From NCBI GenBank assembly GCA_002633005.1, contig NMRA01000712.1:62001-126000 (forward strand): a stretch of 64,000 nucleotides of DNA, in the 5' to 3' direction. This document shows, one piece after another, positions 1-14,239 of this stretch (position 1 is its first letter; each line of letters starts with the position of its first letter). Both the position numbers and the translations under genes were made by a program. The stretch is from Phoronis australis (lineage: Eukaryota > Animalia > Phoronida). The notes beneath the pieces were generated by a model. That model was not told the DNA's origin. It searched no databases and was given only the letters and a program-made list of their open reading frames with translations.

Positions 1-3000
1 CAAAGTTATAGAATGGTCAATGAAGCGAAAGACATTTTTTTACGTGATCATAGCTTAAATTTGATTATGTCATGTAGACGACGTGCCTGATTGTGTGTGA
101 ATGGACTTCCCGTGTAAATAAACAGTTCATTCCGGTATTAAATAAACCAACCACTAAAGCAGTGTAAACAAATGCTCAGTTCTATGAGCAAAAAAAAAAC
201 CGTTGTCTGTTCATAAATTTTATACTATACGCTCAAAAACAATCCTTATTGAAAATACTTGTTTATGAACTGAGTGTCTCTTCAGGGCTTCCTAAAAGCT
301 GGTTTGTAAAACTGTCTCTATGTTTACACCTCGCTGCGTCCCTCATTAAATATCTTAGTCATTCACCGTACATAATACTACCTGTCAAACTCACAAAGGG
401 ACATTGTTGAATGTCTACCATGGAAGTGAGAAGGGGATACCAAGCGTTGGGCTTCTTTCAATGCAGGTTTTGTTGACCCATCCTAAAATATACCCAGCTG
501 AGCTTTTCGTTTTGGCAAACGAGCTCAATGCATTGTCGTGCATTTGTAATCATTGGGGCGATGATGGGACTTTTTCAGGATGGCTGGAAACGCAAACAGG
601 CCCCAGAAGTGTTTTATAAAGTGCACACGTGTCAAGAAAAGATAAGACCAATCTTTTGATATTGGAGTTTGATCGGCCATTTGAATGAGTTTGGCAAGAG
701 ATATCAAACATTTTGTAATCTGTTTTCATTTTGACGACTGAACTATTGGATGTTGGCGTGTTGTGTGGTCGTACCTTCTGTTACCGCGGACGCTAAAATC
801 TACTACGGTAACACAGACAAACCAGTATTCTTGTTCAGTAGTCACACACTACACCTTAACATTATACCTTCCCGATATAATGGCAGTTGGCTTTGAGGGA
901 AGACAAACAAGAAATACGCTGGAATATTGATTCTTTTTAAGTGAAACATTATGGAAGATCAGAAGGCAATACAATTAACATAATTTCGAATCGAACTTAA
1001 TTGTATTCGAGTGGAAATACAATTTTAAACACACTGCCGTGTTATAGGCTGCAATTTTCTGTAACTGTTACACGAATTTCTTAATGTATGCGTCAGGAGT
1101 CATCAACTTGAAAGAGTAATATAACATATGTCGTTATGGTGACCAAGAAAATCTTATAGTGGCCGAGGGTAGTGTTGTCGAAAATCTGTACACGTATGAC
1201 AAATATAAAACAGTTAATCGTCAAAGCATTTCAAATTCCGAAGTTTGCAAACCCTGTCGCTGTAGACCCCAATCTATTTAGTCTTACATACAAATCTGGA
1301 TCTCCAGTCGATTATCGTCATAAAATTATTAACACTCCATCCACGCCCGGTTACACTGGAAGACATGTTTCCAAATACAAGTTCTAAGTAGTTAATAGGT
1401 GATGTGTAAACTACGCACAGAACTCTCCATTCATATAATCAAGACATTCCTAAAGGGAAAAAATCATTGACAATCAATAGTACATTAGTAGTGTATTTGG
1501 ATAAATCATAGATCATAATAGCTGAGCTGATCTACATTAATTTTTTGAGTGTCTATAAAGGAAAACTGGCTATCAACGTCCTCTGCTGTGCATTCCGTTA
1601 ACTCTATAAGTCAATTATCGTGTGCAAGGCTGATCAAAGTCTTGGGATTAAATACATAGCCTAAGTTTACGCCCAAGGTTAAGAAACTAATTTCTTGTAA
1701 AAAAAATTATAAACTTCTGTTTGAAAGGCCTGCATACTACACGGCGAGTTCACCAAAAGCTGGTTCAGCCACATGCTGATCTAAAGGTACCTTAACAGAG
1801 CGTTTAAAAAGACACTCCCTCTTCTAACATGAATTGGATTGTAGGTTTAGAAAATACATGTTTTAAGTAAACATACGTGAGTCTCAAGTTCGTTACCAAG
1901 AGATGAAAAGGAGACCGACATTGGGGGAAATAAGGCCAATTATTATGACATAAAAATGCAAAGAATAGGGTTGAAAATAAAATACAACATGTAAAAAACA
2001 ATAATATCTGATAACATGGGCAATAAAAATGCGCAACACAGCATCGAGCAGGCGGTCTTTCCCCACCTCTCAAGGTAGGTCGCCTAAAGCGTAAATCACG
2101 CTTGCCCGACGATTTAGCAACCATTTCGTAAGGAATTTTCAAAGTAACTCCAAGTTTGAGGATTGGCAACGTTAACATAGGATTACTTATCTTAAAATTA
2201 AATGAATAAGTAGTAGTTATTATCTGTGAGTAGTCCTAGGCTAAATTCGTATTTAATATTCTTTTATAAGTCGCTATCATGGTATGCCCACTGCGCGTAT
2301 AGTCGAATCAATTCCTTTTGAAATGCTAGCACAAAACGCGTATTACCAGACTTTCGTCATGTTCTAATTGATTTGAATATTTGCTAAATGCGTATTTATC
2401 AGAATAGTACATGTTGGTTAATATTGTGGCCATTGGCATATTCGTGCCGGCGTTGAGCAATTTTCTTCGTTTTCAAAACACGTTAGACAAGCTTCGAGGA
2501 CATTGTAACTATCATTTTCGTTCCTCTTGAATATTGTACACAAACGCGTATGCTCGCATTTGCATACTTTCGTCAATACAACCTAGCTGTTTATAACTGT
2601 TCATGTGTACATTTTCGTACAGGGATGCACCTAAGATCACCAACCACTACCCATCCCTATTGTCAAACATTCCGTTGAAATTTGACGACCGATAGTTACA
2701 CGGCACAAGCTATCGATGCTTGGGATGTCTAAAGACCAGTTAGGTTTAACACTAGCCGCAGTGACGTCCTCTTTTCTTATGCAATATTCGGATATTGATT
2801 ACCGAAGGTCGTATTCAATTTGTGATCGTTTATACGCAAAATGTGTGAAGGTTACTTCCATTCACGTAACTAATTGGGCCTCGTTTGAATAGCCACCGTC
2901 TTATAAATACACCTCGATTATGAAATAATGCGAAATTATAATATAAATCGTTTTATGAAGTTCCAGTGTTTAAGTACTCTCCTACAGACCCCTTAGAATC

Positions 3001-3335
3001 GGGAAGTAGGATTCGCATTGTGGGCATATCTTCCAGAGGGGTTTTGAACTATTAACGAAACAGTAATAGTGCACTTAAAAAGGCAAACATTCAAACTTAA
3101 TTGTAATAGGGGAGGATGAGAAAGCAGTGGTCACGAACAGGGGTGAAATCGGTAGCGAGGCGAGAATTCTTGACTTCGTTAGCTGCCTCTAATAATGTTT
3201 ACATTCCAACAATCTAAATTTTTCAAATTAATTATTCTCAGTTGATTTATATTTTGTAGAAGGTAACAGAATCACCGTCAACCCCGACACCAAAGCAATG
3301 CCTTGCTGTAATTTGAATTGATTTCTGTTTTGTAG

Positions 3336-6300
3336 AAGGTAACGCCATCACCGTTAACCCCGACTGCAAAAACAATATCTTACTGGAATCTATCAAGTAC
3401 AGATGCGGCCTCGATGAGGACGGTATGTCAATTAGTTTCACGAAATGATGCAGAAGTGCATTTTTGTAAAAATGTTACGAATTGGGCGAACAAACCATCT
3501 CGAATACCAAGAAGCAGATTGAATTTGCGTTCAAGCTCGGTCAGAGTGATGGTAAATCTTGTGTTTTATGGAAAGTGGTTCATTGTAGTGTTTCAGAGTG
3601 GGTATAGAACCTCGTAAGATAGAACGTCGTATGTATGTATGAGGAAAATAAATTAAGCTATTCAAAGCGATATGAGACGTACTATGATAAAACTCATCGA
3701 GTATATGAGACTGGAGTTTGTTTTTTTTTATCATGCAGAACTTGTGGATTTGTCGGATGAAAGCGGTAGCGTGAAACAACTGCACTTGAACCTTTTGGAT
3801 TATGGGACATCTTACTTCGAAGACAGAGAAACGACGATTCTCCTAAGAGTTGAAAGTAAGATCTGCATTTCCCCAAAAGATGAGATATTTTATTGCAAGT
3901 TGATCAGTGCGAATTTGAAGTCGCAAAGTTTTTAACACAACAAGTTATTGAAATACTGACCAATAAAAAAGAGATTATTGAAAAATGTCATTTTGAAACA
4001 CTGAGGTCCAACAAACTCTCGGCGAAATTTGTAAAATACTTCTTTGAGAGCATAACATAGTAAGGATACGCGTAACTCTAAAAGTGAATGTACCTTCTGT
4101 TTTTAGCTTCTAATTTCCAAGAAATTGAGGAAATTAATACAATTTTGAGAAAAAGTAGCGCAGCTTCACGGTTTCATAAATATGAGTTACGCTCGAAATC
4201 TTTTAATTTTTAGGAGGACTATGTAGGGGTTTCAATAGTACACAATTGGTATAAAGATTAATTGAATATGAGCTCGCGCTTGCGATGTTTAGTAAATTTT
4301 TATAAGATTGAGGCCCATTAAAAGTATTCTTAAATCCTACAAAAGGGAGACTTTCATTTTGATCATAGCCCAAGCAAAATGCTACACCCAAAGGTAATTT
4401 ATTTCCATTCTCAAACACAGCATTCATTGCAACAAGTGGTGTCAGAAGGTCACCATTTTGCCAGGCAAGGATGACCAACATGTTAAAAATTGAGTCAATA
4501 GCAGGTGACATTGAATTCCTGTTGACATGGCACGGGAAATTCCGTGCCAAGCTCGGTGACGGAGAAGTTCTTGATCTCAATGTTTAGGTCGTAATTAGGA
4601 ATGAAAGACGTCTTTAACATTTTCTACTATAGCCTGATCGTCCTGATCAATTACGGACAATCCATTTATACCTTATGTCTATAAACTCGCCTTCCGTCCA
4701 AAAAGCGAACATTTGATTTAGACTACCTACATGTACCGCTATAAAATTGGTCTCAACTTGTTCCTTACTCCTATGAAGTGAATCTGGATTTGCAAACAAG
4801 TGACATTTCGTTTATCCTTGAGGCAAGTTGCTCGACGCATAACATGACACACCGCAATGAGCCGAATTGTAAACCGTTGTCTCATTCAATCAATAACTAA
4901 ATGTCGGTCCTTTCGAAGACCTGAAAACATCCTCAAATGAATTGACTATGAATAATTTGAAACCAATTTCATAAAGACAAGTGGTCTAAACCAAAAGTTA
5001 TTTTTGTGATGGAGTAGGTTGTTTTTTCCCTCAAACCATTTTCTCTCAACGCAGAACAAAAATACATCAAACTGATTGAAACTTTCTACGGAGCACTTAA
5101 GATACCCGAATTATGTCAACTTTATCGATCTCACAGAACTTAGGAGCAAAAACAAAATACACTTACCTTCAAGAGTAGTTTACCTAACAATCCTATGTTA
5201 ATAATTAACATTCAGTAACGTTTAGTTTGTGAGAAGGTATAAAACAAAGCACGTCAAATTAAGCTAAAGATGCTCGCAGTTTAAAACTGAATGGTTTAAG
5301 CTCGTGACTATATTTCAAGCTGTGCTGAAGGCCCCCCTTAAATGTGTCGTCGTTTTTTTCAGAAACTGAAGAGGGTGGATCTGACGACAGCTTATATACA
5401 CCGTTACTTCATGGGTTGGAGGACGATAGTGCATTTTTAGGTAAAACGGGTCACGTCACCTGTAGGCTACATCACGTGATCTTATGAATAAAAGTCTGAA
5501 AACTGAAAGATTTCTGCTCCAACCAAGACTCGAACCCCGGTCCGGAACTTCTGCTAACCGTGCAGATTTACATAATCATATTTTTATTTCCTAACCCTAC
5601 CAACACTCCTCTGGAGCAGTTAATTAAGGCAGGCAAACGTTTTTTTTTTTCAATTTGTAACTTCGGACGCCTTCATTTTTGTTGCAAAAGCTATTCCTTT
5701 CTGTATGTAATAGGTCACGTGATGTGACCAACACATGGCGTGAAAGAAAACTAATAATTCTTACTTACTCGTTTCTATAATTAAAAACAAATTTGTCTGA
5801 TTACATTGTATAATCTTTTGAGTCACAGTTGGTCGCAGGAGGGGAAACAATTTAAAAATTAATTTTAATCTTATCATATGTTAAGCTCCCCAACAGTTAA
5901 TAAGTCAAATTAAGCTATTTTGTTCGCGATTGCGCGCATGAGTGTCGAGCTATTTGGATAGTACTTTTTACAGTACACTAAGGGACACTTTAAAAATGAA
6001 CGTTCTTTCTAAGCAATTTGTAATTTTTGTCTTTGGTTTCGTAACAACTATAAATCTTAAAATTATATAACCACTCACTTTTATAATTAGTGCAACAACC
6101 GTAAGTAATCACTGATGTATCAATATTGACAAACTTTACGCTCTATTACAGCAATTACTACACTGACTCCGTGAATAGAAAGCAAAAATGTATCACCCGA
6201 GTCCTGAACCTTGTACGGCATTGCGTTAACTGTTTTATCTATATTACAGGTAAATTGAACCCTAAGCAGTTTTCCAAGTACAGGAAATCAGATCTCAAAG

Positions 6301-6380
6301 GGAACAGGAAGTTCATATTTAAAAACAGACAAACACCCAAGAAATCCTCACCGAAAACTACAACTGTTTCCAAGAAATGA
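3336..6380 (+). CDS. CXorf65/C22orf15-family protein (5'-partial; first coding exon not located)
   Basis: Four phase-1-compatible AG/GT exons: 3336-3422 (GNAITVNPDCKNNILLESIKYRCGLDED), 3739-3855 (ELVDLSDESGSVKQL...ETTILLRVE), 5363-5440 (KTEEGGSDDSLYTPLLHGLEDDSAFL), 6250-6380 (basic tail, TGA). The VNxxC..LL..I, DLxDExG, L.RVE and Y.PLL pattern matches CXorf65/C22orf15 as I recall them. Confidence 0.72.
5513..5545 (-). mobile_element. tRNA-derived SINE head fragment
   Basis: Minus strand reads GGACCGGGGTTCGAGTCTTGGTTGGAGCAG, containing a Pol III B-box (GGTTCGAGTC); no complete cloverleaf. Confidence 0.4.
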
Positions 6381-9295
6381 CATAACGAAAAGTAGTTTCC
6401 ACGAAATAAGAAGGAACAGTTTAAAAACAAGCGCTAAGGATCGGTGAATGGTGGTTACTTACTCCAGTGTTGAACAATGCTTGACTGAAACTATTGTAAG
6501 GAACCAAGGACTTCATATTTGCCGAGGAGATAATTAATTAAGTTAATTAATTATGTTTTCTACAAAGAGAAACACGAATAAATTACGAATGCGCCAAAGA
6601 GAAAGGAATCGGCTACATAATAATATCGCTTTTCTGTGCTTCCCAACAGTTTAACACAGTCGCCAAGGATAGGCAAAGAGAAATGGGTAGCCGACCTTGT
6701 GTTTTAACAGGGAAAACGAGTTGAAATCAAATTTAAGCTGCATTTCGCTGTTTTAGCTGGCTGCAAAACGAAAATCAAATTAGGCCCTTTACTCTCATAA
6801 AATCGTCCTCGTAATACCCCTTACCGTGATAGGATTCCATTTCCCTTGCCAACTCAAAGTCACAGGCAATGCGAACATAGCCCGTTCTCGAATTCGTAAT
6901 TTCATGGTTGACCAACCGGGAGCCCAATTGTTGTTGGTTTGGATGTTCATGTTGGTAACAGAACTAAAATTCCATCACGGCAATTGAATGCCATGAGACC
7001 AAGATTATGAGAATGAAAAGCCAAATTCAATTTTCGTTTTCACCAAGGCGAAATACTGCTTCAAAATTCTGTAACTTGCTCCCTAAATTTGAGCTGAGAT
7101 CCTATTCTCTATGCATATTTATACTTGGTTGTTGAACCCTTTCAACTCCAGAACCGTGAACTGCGCAGAAAGCAATAAAACGAGACCAATGAGATAATTC
7201 TGTAAAAAAGATATATTATGTATTTGTATTTTAAATATATGATACAATATTATGTGCATACGAGAAGATGTCATTCATAGGGACACTCAAGATGTTCTGA
7301 CACGAGTCTGGTTGGTAGAACACCAGAAATAGGGTTCATTTACACTTATCTAGAAACTTGCAAAAGGTACTTTTCTCACTGAAAAAATGCGGTCAAAGTA
7401 GGTACCACCATAAAATCTGACCAATTTTAGAGAAAAAATAATTACCCTGCTTTAGTTTTAACAACTAACATTGTCACAATGGTTACAATATTTTTCAAAA
7501 TGTTGTCTTGTGGTAGCAATGATACATAACCTTGAAAATGATGAAACATTTATTTGATGTCTTTTACAAAAAAATAAGAAATAAAATCTTACTTCTCTCC
7601 CATATTGTGTCCTGAATTAGTGAGAATTTTACCTAAATGTTAAACACTTCCACTTAACCTTTGACCTCGAGCAAAGACTAAAGGTCAGTCCATAATGCAA
7701 AAAGGCCAGTTAGACTAAACCCTGGCCTTTTAAAGTGTGCAAAGACTTGAATGCCATCAGAGAGGCAAGTTTATAGAGAACACACAAGTCTACATAAAAT
7801 ATAGACAAGCACTAAAAACGTTATTTGCTGCACTCCAGAGGTCGGAGGTAAAATTCTATGATCCTTTACTTTCAGGATGCAATTCGTTATCTCACGAAAC
7901 TGTCAGGCATGTACAAATTTGTAAAGACAAAATTTATAATCAAAACCATTTAAGTTAATTCTCTTTACAAAGCCTCTTTTAAAAGGGAACTGCTTGAAGA
8001 CTTAGCTAACCCGACTCCACTAACAAAAGCTGTGACACTATCTAATGAATGTATTCATCTGCCAAAGAAACTAAATCTTGCAGCAAACCCAGTCCAATAC
8101 TATCTTGTCAACAAGCACACAACAGCATACTCCCCTGAAGATAATACAGTTAAGGCTATGCAGAATCTTGTCCACAATGTTGTTTTTAGCTAAATATCTG
8201 CAAAGCTATAAATTTTAACTATAAGTAAAAGTTTATAGTTTCTGAAAGCAGAAATCCAGCAGAATTTGATTTTTAACTTGACTGATTCCAATGTGCCAAT
8301 AATTGGGTAATCTGACCACCCCTTTTTAGTAAAATTAGCCAAAAAAGAAAGGTACATTGTAGCAAAAGAATGGTATCATTAATGCGCCCAAAGTTTGTTT
8401 GATATTAATATTCAAGATGAAATTTCAAAAACAATTTTCGAAATTATCACGTCAGTTTCGTTTTGTGCAACTTTCGATTTTTATGAGAAAATCAAAGTCC
8501 TTTTTTGTTAACCCTCATGCAAAAGTGGAACATTTTAAAAAGAATTACGGACAATGTCGTTTTGGAGAACAGTGCATACAGCATATTATCTGAAAGTTTC
8601 ACACGAATCCAATTAGCCATTTCTGAGGTATGACGTTCCGGAGTTTGCCAAATTTGGACACTTTTCTAGAGACCTACATGACCTTAACCCAACCTTGCAC
8701 TAACATCACACCAAAGTCTCTTGCTACTGGATTGCAATAAGTTCCAAAAGACAAGAGACCTTTTTGCTTTCTAACACACATTAAAGCTGCAATAAACCAT
8801 CTTTTAAAAATCAATTTTTGATCTAGAGCGCTTACTGTGATAAAACTAGTCTCAAATGAGTCTTAAATTAGTCTCAAACGAGTCTTAAATTAGTCTCAAA
8901 CTCGTAACCAGTTTCAAATTGTTCCTTGCTCAGGTAAGACGTACTTCATGGGGACTGTTTCATGTAAAGTGACTAAAGACTCGAGTTAGAAATTTGGCCT
9001 TATGCTCCACACAACTATTCCTGAAAAATTTTATAAAATCTCACTCGAGCAAAGGTGGAAAATCCGTCAGAATATACACATAACTGCTATTACTGAGAGA
9101 ATTTCCATCAATTATTTCTAGACATAATTACTCGGCTAAGACTTTTTTCAGCAATTGTGAAGCAGGAGTGCAAGACTAAATTTCTGCCTTAAGTCACAAG
9201 TAAATTCCATGGAACAGACCGAGGGCATGAAGAGAACATACAACAGTTCATTACTGCTGAAGACCAGGCTCAAGCCACCTTGACCTGACTGATCA

Positions 9296-9451
9296 TTTTA
9301 TGTGCCGTGCATGGTCTGAAGCCATAACCAACTGTCAGTAATTCTTATTTTATGTGCCGTGCATGGTCTGAAGCCATAACCAACTGTCAGTAATTCTTAT
9401 TTTATGTGCCGTGCATGGTCTGAAGCCTTAACCAACTGTCAGTAATTCTTA
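9296..9451. repeat. Tandem repeat, 52-bp unit x3
   Basis: TTTTATGTGCCGTGCATGGTCTGAAGCCATAACCAACTGTCAGTAATTCTTA repeated three times, nearly identical. Confidence 0.95.
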
Positions 9452-9964
9452 ATCCCAGACATCTCTTTCACTTTCCATACATGGTCCAACATTTATCATC
9501 TCACTGCAACAGCAGTCACAAAAGATGTTGATAAATTCTCTATGAAAACAATCTTACATCCCGTTTCTCAACAGCGCAATGGATTCTGACTTTTGACTGT
9601 TATCAAAGCTGGGAAATCAAGCTTTTAAATTCAAACCGTACATTCCGATAAACAGAATCAGGTCACAAAATTAAAATTCGCTGCAAAGTGTACTCGGACA
9701 AATGCCAAAAAATCAGAAAAATAAAACAAATTAAATGTACAAAACCTACTTGGAAACAGATTTCTAGATTAGGACGGAGTTTAAGGTGAAAAAGCAGGTG
9801 CGCTTGCCAGAAAGACACATGACAAAACCTGGTCATGATGATCACAACGCATCCCCATTCTATGACATGGTTGTATCTAAAGATTGACTTTTCTTAAAGG
9901 CGCCATCTGCAGGCAATGCAATAGATTTATTCCTGTAAAACACTATCCTGGAAATCACCCTTCA

Positions 9965-12231
9965 TCAGCATTCTATTCCAAACTTGTTGAAGTTTCTCAT
10001 GATCAGACCAAGACTGAGATGCACCTTTCCCATGGCCACCGTCTGCAGGTGGTACCTGTCCGCACCACTATACACCATGTCTGTATTTATCAACTGGGGT
10101 CCACCGCCAAGAAAGTGCTGGGCAATCTGCTCGCGCATTGTGCCCGATGGTCGCCACGTGGGACAGACAACATCATGTATCCCCGGGCTGGTGGGCAAGT
10201 GGCAAAACCCGTAGCCGTACAGTTCATTCCTGCCAAACGAGTCCTGGTGCCAGACTTGTAAGTGAATTTTTGGCCAACCTGAAAAGGGATTTTTTGAGAA
10301 CATAAATTAGTGAGCATGCACACTAGCTGTATTGGGACAGTGTATAAATTGTAGATTTTTTTCACCAATAGCACAGACAGGCTGTAATTTCAACCCTTGG
10401 GCACATCAAATAGTATAAGATCTTCCCAACACTCAGCTGTTCACGACTAGGAAAACATTTTTCCCCAGCTACTGTGTTTGGATATGAAATAAGATACCAA
10501 AGTTGTTATTGTTTGCAAACATCAAATTATTCATAAGTTCAAAACACATGCTTTCTGATGATGCCAGTCAACACATTTTACTCGATGATCGCACATTTTC
10601 CAATATTGTGGGCACCTTGACCGCTTGATTTTGCCGATCAAAGTTGAACTATGTTGTGGTACTCTTAATTTGCTTCTTAATATTCCACAAATTTACAGGA
10701 AAGGAATTTAATTCACTTTTTGTCAACTGCCTTACCTTGTAGCCCTTTGGTTGCAAAGTGAAGGTCTATAGGATGGGACCAACAGGCATAATCTTCATTC
10801 TGTGGATTGTCTACTTGAGTCTGACCTTCACGCAATCCAGCTAACACTTTCCAGGCACTCCCTGAAAAAAATACAACAATCAGTAAATTATTTATGATTA
10901 TGATAATAATCAAATCAGATAGTCTGTTTATTTCACCTAAAAGTCAGTACATAGAATAAAACACGTGCACGCTCCGAAATCAAAGCCATATGCAGGCAGA
11001 GGTATGGTTGAGATAACAATGGATATTGAACCAGATCACAGTTATAAGCTTCATATACAGAAAATTAACATTCATACACAATTATTTTCACTAAGTGACA
11101 CAAATGAGGCGAAAGAGGCAATAAACCCATCCCTTCTGTCAAAAAACAACTCTTTATTTAAGCCACTTACTGTTGCTGATCTCGTCTTAGACCCAACTCC
11201 CATTAAGTTGCTTGTCATGGTGGTTAGTTTCAATTGGCAAGACAGTATTGCCGGCGGTTGATTGTACCCAATTTCAATTTAAACAAACGATACGAATGCA
11301 ATGATATATTGCTTTTGAAGAGAAGACATGCCTCAGAAGAAAATTGTGTACGTCACAGCTTTTTAAAAATGTTAGTGATTAATGTAGTCTGGAACATTAT
11401 AGAACTTAGTATAGTAACGTTTGTAGAATGATTGGGTAGATTCCGAAAAGTTCTAGAATGTGCTTTATTTGCTGAAAAGCTCCAGCAAAATTGTAAGACT
11501 ACAAATACCGGGTACAGTTTAGTGACAAGTCAGCTGAAGTCGAGTTCAGTTAGTGCTGAAAGTTAGCTAAATTCAGTTGAAGTCGAGTTGCGTTGAAGTT
11601 GGAAATACAGTTACAGAATCAGCACTTGCAGTGCTAGAGAACAGAGAGTCAGCTACAGACACAGTAGGTTATTGAATCAACGAGTGTAACAGTTGCGAAG
11701 TGCCTCGGAAGTTCATCACAAGTCGAGGCTTCGCAGCACTGCCTGGAGCATAGAACAGACATCACGTCACATTTTTTCAGTAGGCTTATGAATTTATGGT
11801 CAAGATTAATAAAGTGATTAACTTGAACCAGTCGTCAGTTCATCGTTGCACAGACAGCTATAAGCACCAGTCAGTAACAACCTGCGCTCACACATCCATA
11901 GGAAAAAAACATGACAAATACCACTTAATCTTAATACTAAGATTCTTCTTACTTATGGTCTCTACTACATTGAATACATGTGTTATATATTTAAAACTAT
12001 TCAGTTTTCAAGTTCTTATCCTAAAAACAAAGTAAAGGTGCACAGTAAATAGCAGCAAAAAGATTTGATTGGTGATAAAATGTATCAAAAACCATTTTCT
12101 GTGGCAAAGAATAATGAGGAAACATTGCCCTGAACTAACTTACCAGTGTGAATCCCCCATTTACAAAACAGGCTGTGGTCAGGGAATCCACTGGCTCCCA
12201 GAATTTGTCCAATCACGTGAACCTCTGCCAT
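9965..12231 (-). CDS. B9D2: B9 domain-containing protein 2 (MKS transition-zone complex), 175 aa
   Basis: Exons 12144-12231 ([29 protein letters not shown]), 10736-10861 ([18 protein letters not shown]...[13 protein letters not shown]), 9965-10278 ([33 protein letters not shown]...KFGIEC*). Total 528 nt, canonical GT-AG, consistent phases. Confidence 0.96.
11171..11879 (+). mobile_element. Possible solo LTR in B9D2 intron
   Basis: TG...CA ends with a short inverted repeat (TGTTGCTGA / TCAGTAACA), internal TTCTAGAA-type motifs and AATAAA near 11808. No clean TSD. Confidence 0.45.
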
Positions 12232-12563
12232 GATGTATCAACTGCAAATATACACTGGCATACAGCACCATCTTTGGAGCACATTCCAAACTATCAACCA
12301 CGGTCTGTTTTTGACCTTTCAATTTATTAATAATGCCGTTAACATTTGAAGACAGGCAAAGCACACATCTCAAAATGGAATTCAAAACATACATCAGTAA
12401 GAAATATTCATGAAATAGGACGTGAGACTATCATGGGCGGAGCACCATAGGGGCTTTAGCCCCCCACTTTTTCAGTGCTGTGCTGCCCATGAGTATCTGT
12501 GTATCCAGGGTTCTATGCATGTCCTAGGATACAAAATAATTATCCCGTTTTGAATCCTAGTTA

Positions 12564-12699
12564 CATGGGCGGCGCACCATAGGGGGCTGCGGAAGCTATA
12601 GCCCTCACTTATTTCAGTGCTGGGCTGCCCATGGTCATGGGCGGCACACACCATAGGGGGCTGTAGCCCCCCACTTATTTCAGTGTTGCACCGGACATG
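12564..12699. mobile_element. MITE family A (CATGGGCGGCGCAC...GCCCATG), 5-bp TSD
   Basis: Flanked by AGTTA on both sides (12559-63, 12700-04). Related copies at ~12432-12491, 32560-32635, 38511-38580, 39874-40021, 43721-43865, 57208-57354. Confidence 0.75.
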
Positions 12700-13198
12700 A
12701 GTTATCGTTGAAGAAAGTAATTTAGAGGAAGCAGGGGCAGATAGACCCCTTCCTCCAAATAGCTTTCTTTAGGGAACACAGAACCCTGCATATAATTAAC
12801 TCTTTAGGGAAACAAGGAACCAAGGACCCATAAGGAATAGGGATGACCTCTAAGGCTTCTAACGTTGTTTTGAATGCCCTAAAACATTGCTTAATGGTAC
12901 CGGGGTAATAGAACTTTAAACAATATTTTATTAAAACAAAAACCGAAACACCAAACTACTGCCAGGTGTTCAATCCCCAACCTAAACATATTTGCACATC
13001 ATGTAATTTAAAAAAGTTTCCACTTAACATTAAAATCATTTGACAGAAGAACATCATACAACTTTTGACTTTAGTTTGGGTCTTTAGTCTCAGTTCAAGT
13101 AGATTTCACATTGCGTCTAATTCTGGATATAGGTGCAGATTCATAATAGTATGTAGTTACATGGGTCAAAAATGTGTACATATACGGTGGAAGGATGC

Positions 13199-13748
13199 CC
13201 TTGCTGGTTCCCTGCGTGCTGCTAGGTGGTCAGTAGAAAGCACGCAGGTATCACTTAATATTCCTCTGGAAATTTTTTTACACCGGTGTTTCTGATTGGC
13301 TAGTCGAATTCTCAACAGGCAGTGCTTTACGCAAACAAACTGGCATGACTGATGGACTGAAGTGTAATTGTGGTGTGTTGTACAGACAAATTGGTACTTA
13401 AAATTTATGTTCAGGAAATGTGAATCTTAGAAATTTTGGTTGTGCCTTTTCGGAGTGCATCTTTCTATTGTCGATGACTATTGTTTACGACACTGTCCTG
13501 TATTCATTCAGTATGAATAACACATCACTTAAATTAGCCAGATATGTGTTTATTGTTTATTGTACATGTATGTGCTTCCAGCATGCGGCTATTATACATC
13601 ACTGCAGAAACGAAACAGTTGCATGACAAGGCTAAAAATCGTTCACAATCCGCCATTTTTCACAGTGTTGTAAAGCTAAACAATGACAGAGGTTACATCA
13701 ACCAATGATAAAGTGCGTGCCACTGCAGCACGCAGAGAACCAGCGAGG
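13199..13748. mobile_element. Non-autonomous TIR element
   Basis: Inverted ends CCTTGCTGGTTCCCTGCGTGCTGC / GCAGCACGCAGAGAACCAGCGAGG; the same terminus recurs at ~43271-43301, ending CGAGACTA. Confidence 0.55.
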
Positions 13749-14239
13749 AAGAATCCTCTGCCCTGATGGCTAATAGTTTGGAAAGGCCTCTGAGTTCATC
13801 ATGGCATCATGCCATCATGCATATAGTCCTGTGGTATATCGCAGTGTGGCTGATTAAAGGTGCCTGTGGTTGACACCACGCACGTCCTTAGCTTCTTATC
13901 ATCCCCAATAAACTATATATCAATATTATATATAGTGTATTGGGGACGATCAGAAGTTAAGCAAGGACGCCAGACGCCTGTGCTGTGGTTGACAAGGTGT
14001 CTAGCCAGCTGTCTACCTGGGTAATAAACGACCGATTCGCAAAACAGTTTTTCACAATAACAAAAATCTAAAAACGCCATGGTTTTACCTCTCTACGAAG
14101 ACATTGTTTAAATTTTTAAACCTTTCCAGCTACAGTTAATCTTCACGAACACTTTTTTTCAACAACGACAGCTTTCCAAATACGAGCTCAAAAAGTATTT
14201 ACTAAATTTTGGTCGGAAATAGAAACTATCTACAGCCGC

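Noticed and set aside
9296-9451. Short direct repeats as a possible CRISPR array
   Set aside because: Head-to-tail units without spacers, eukaryotic context, no cas genes.
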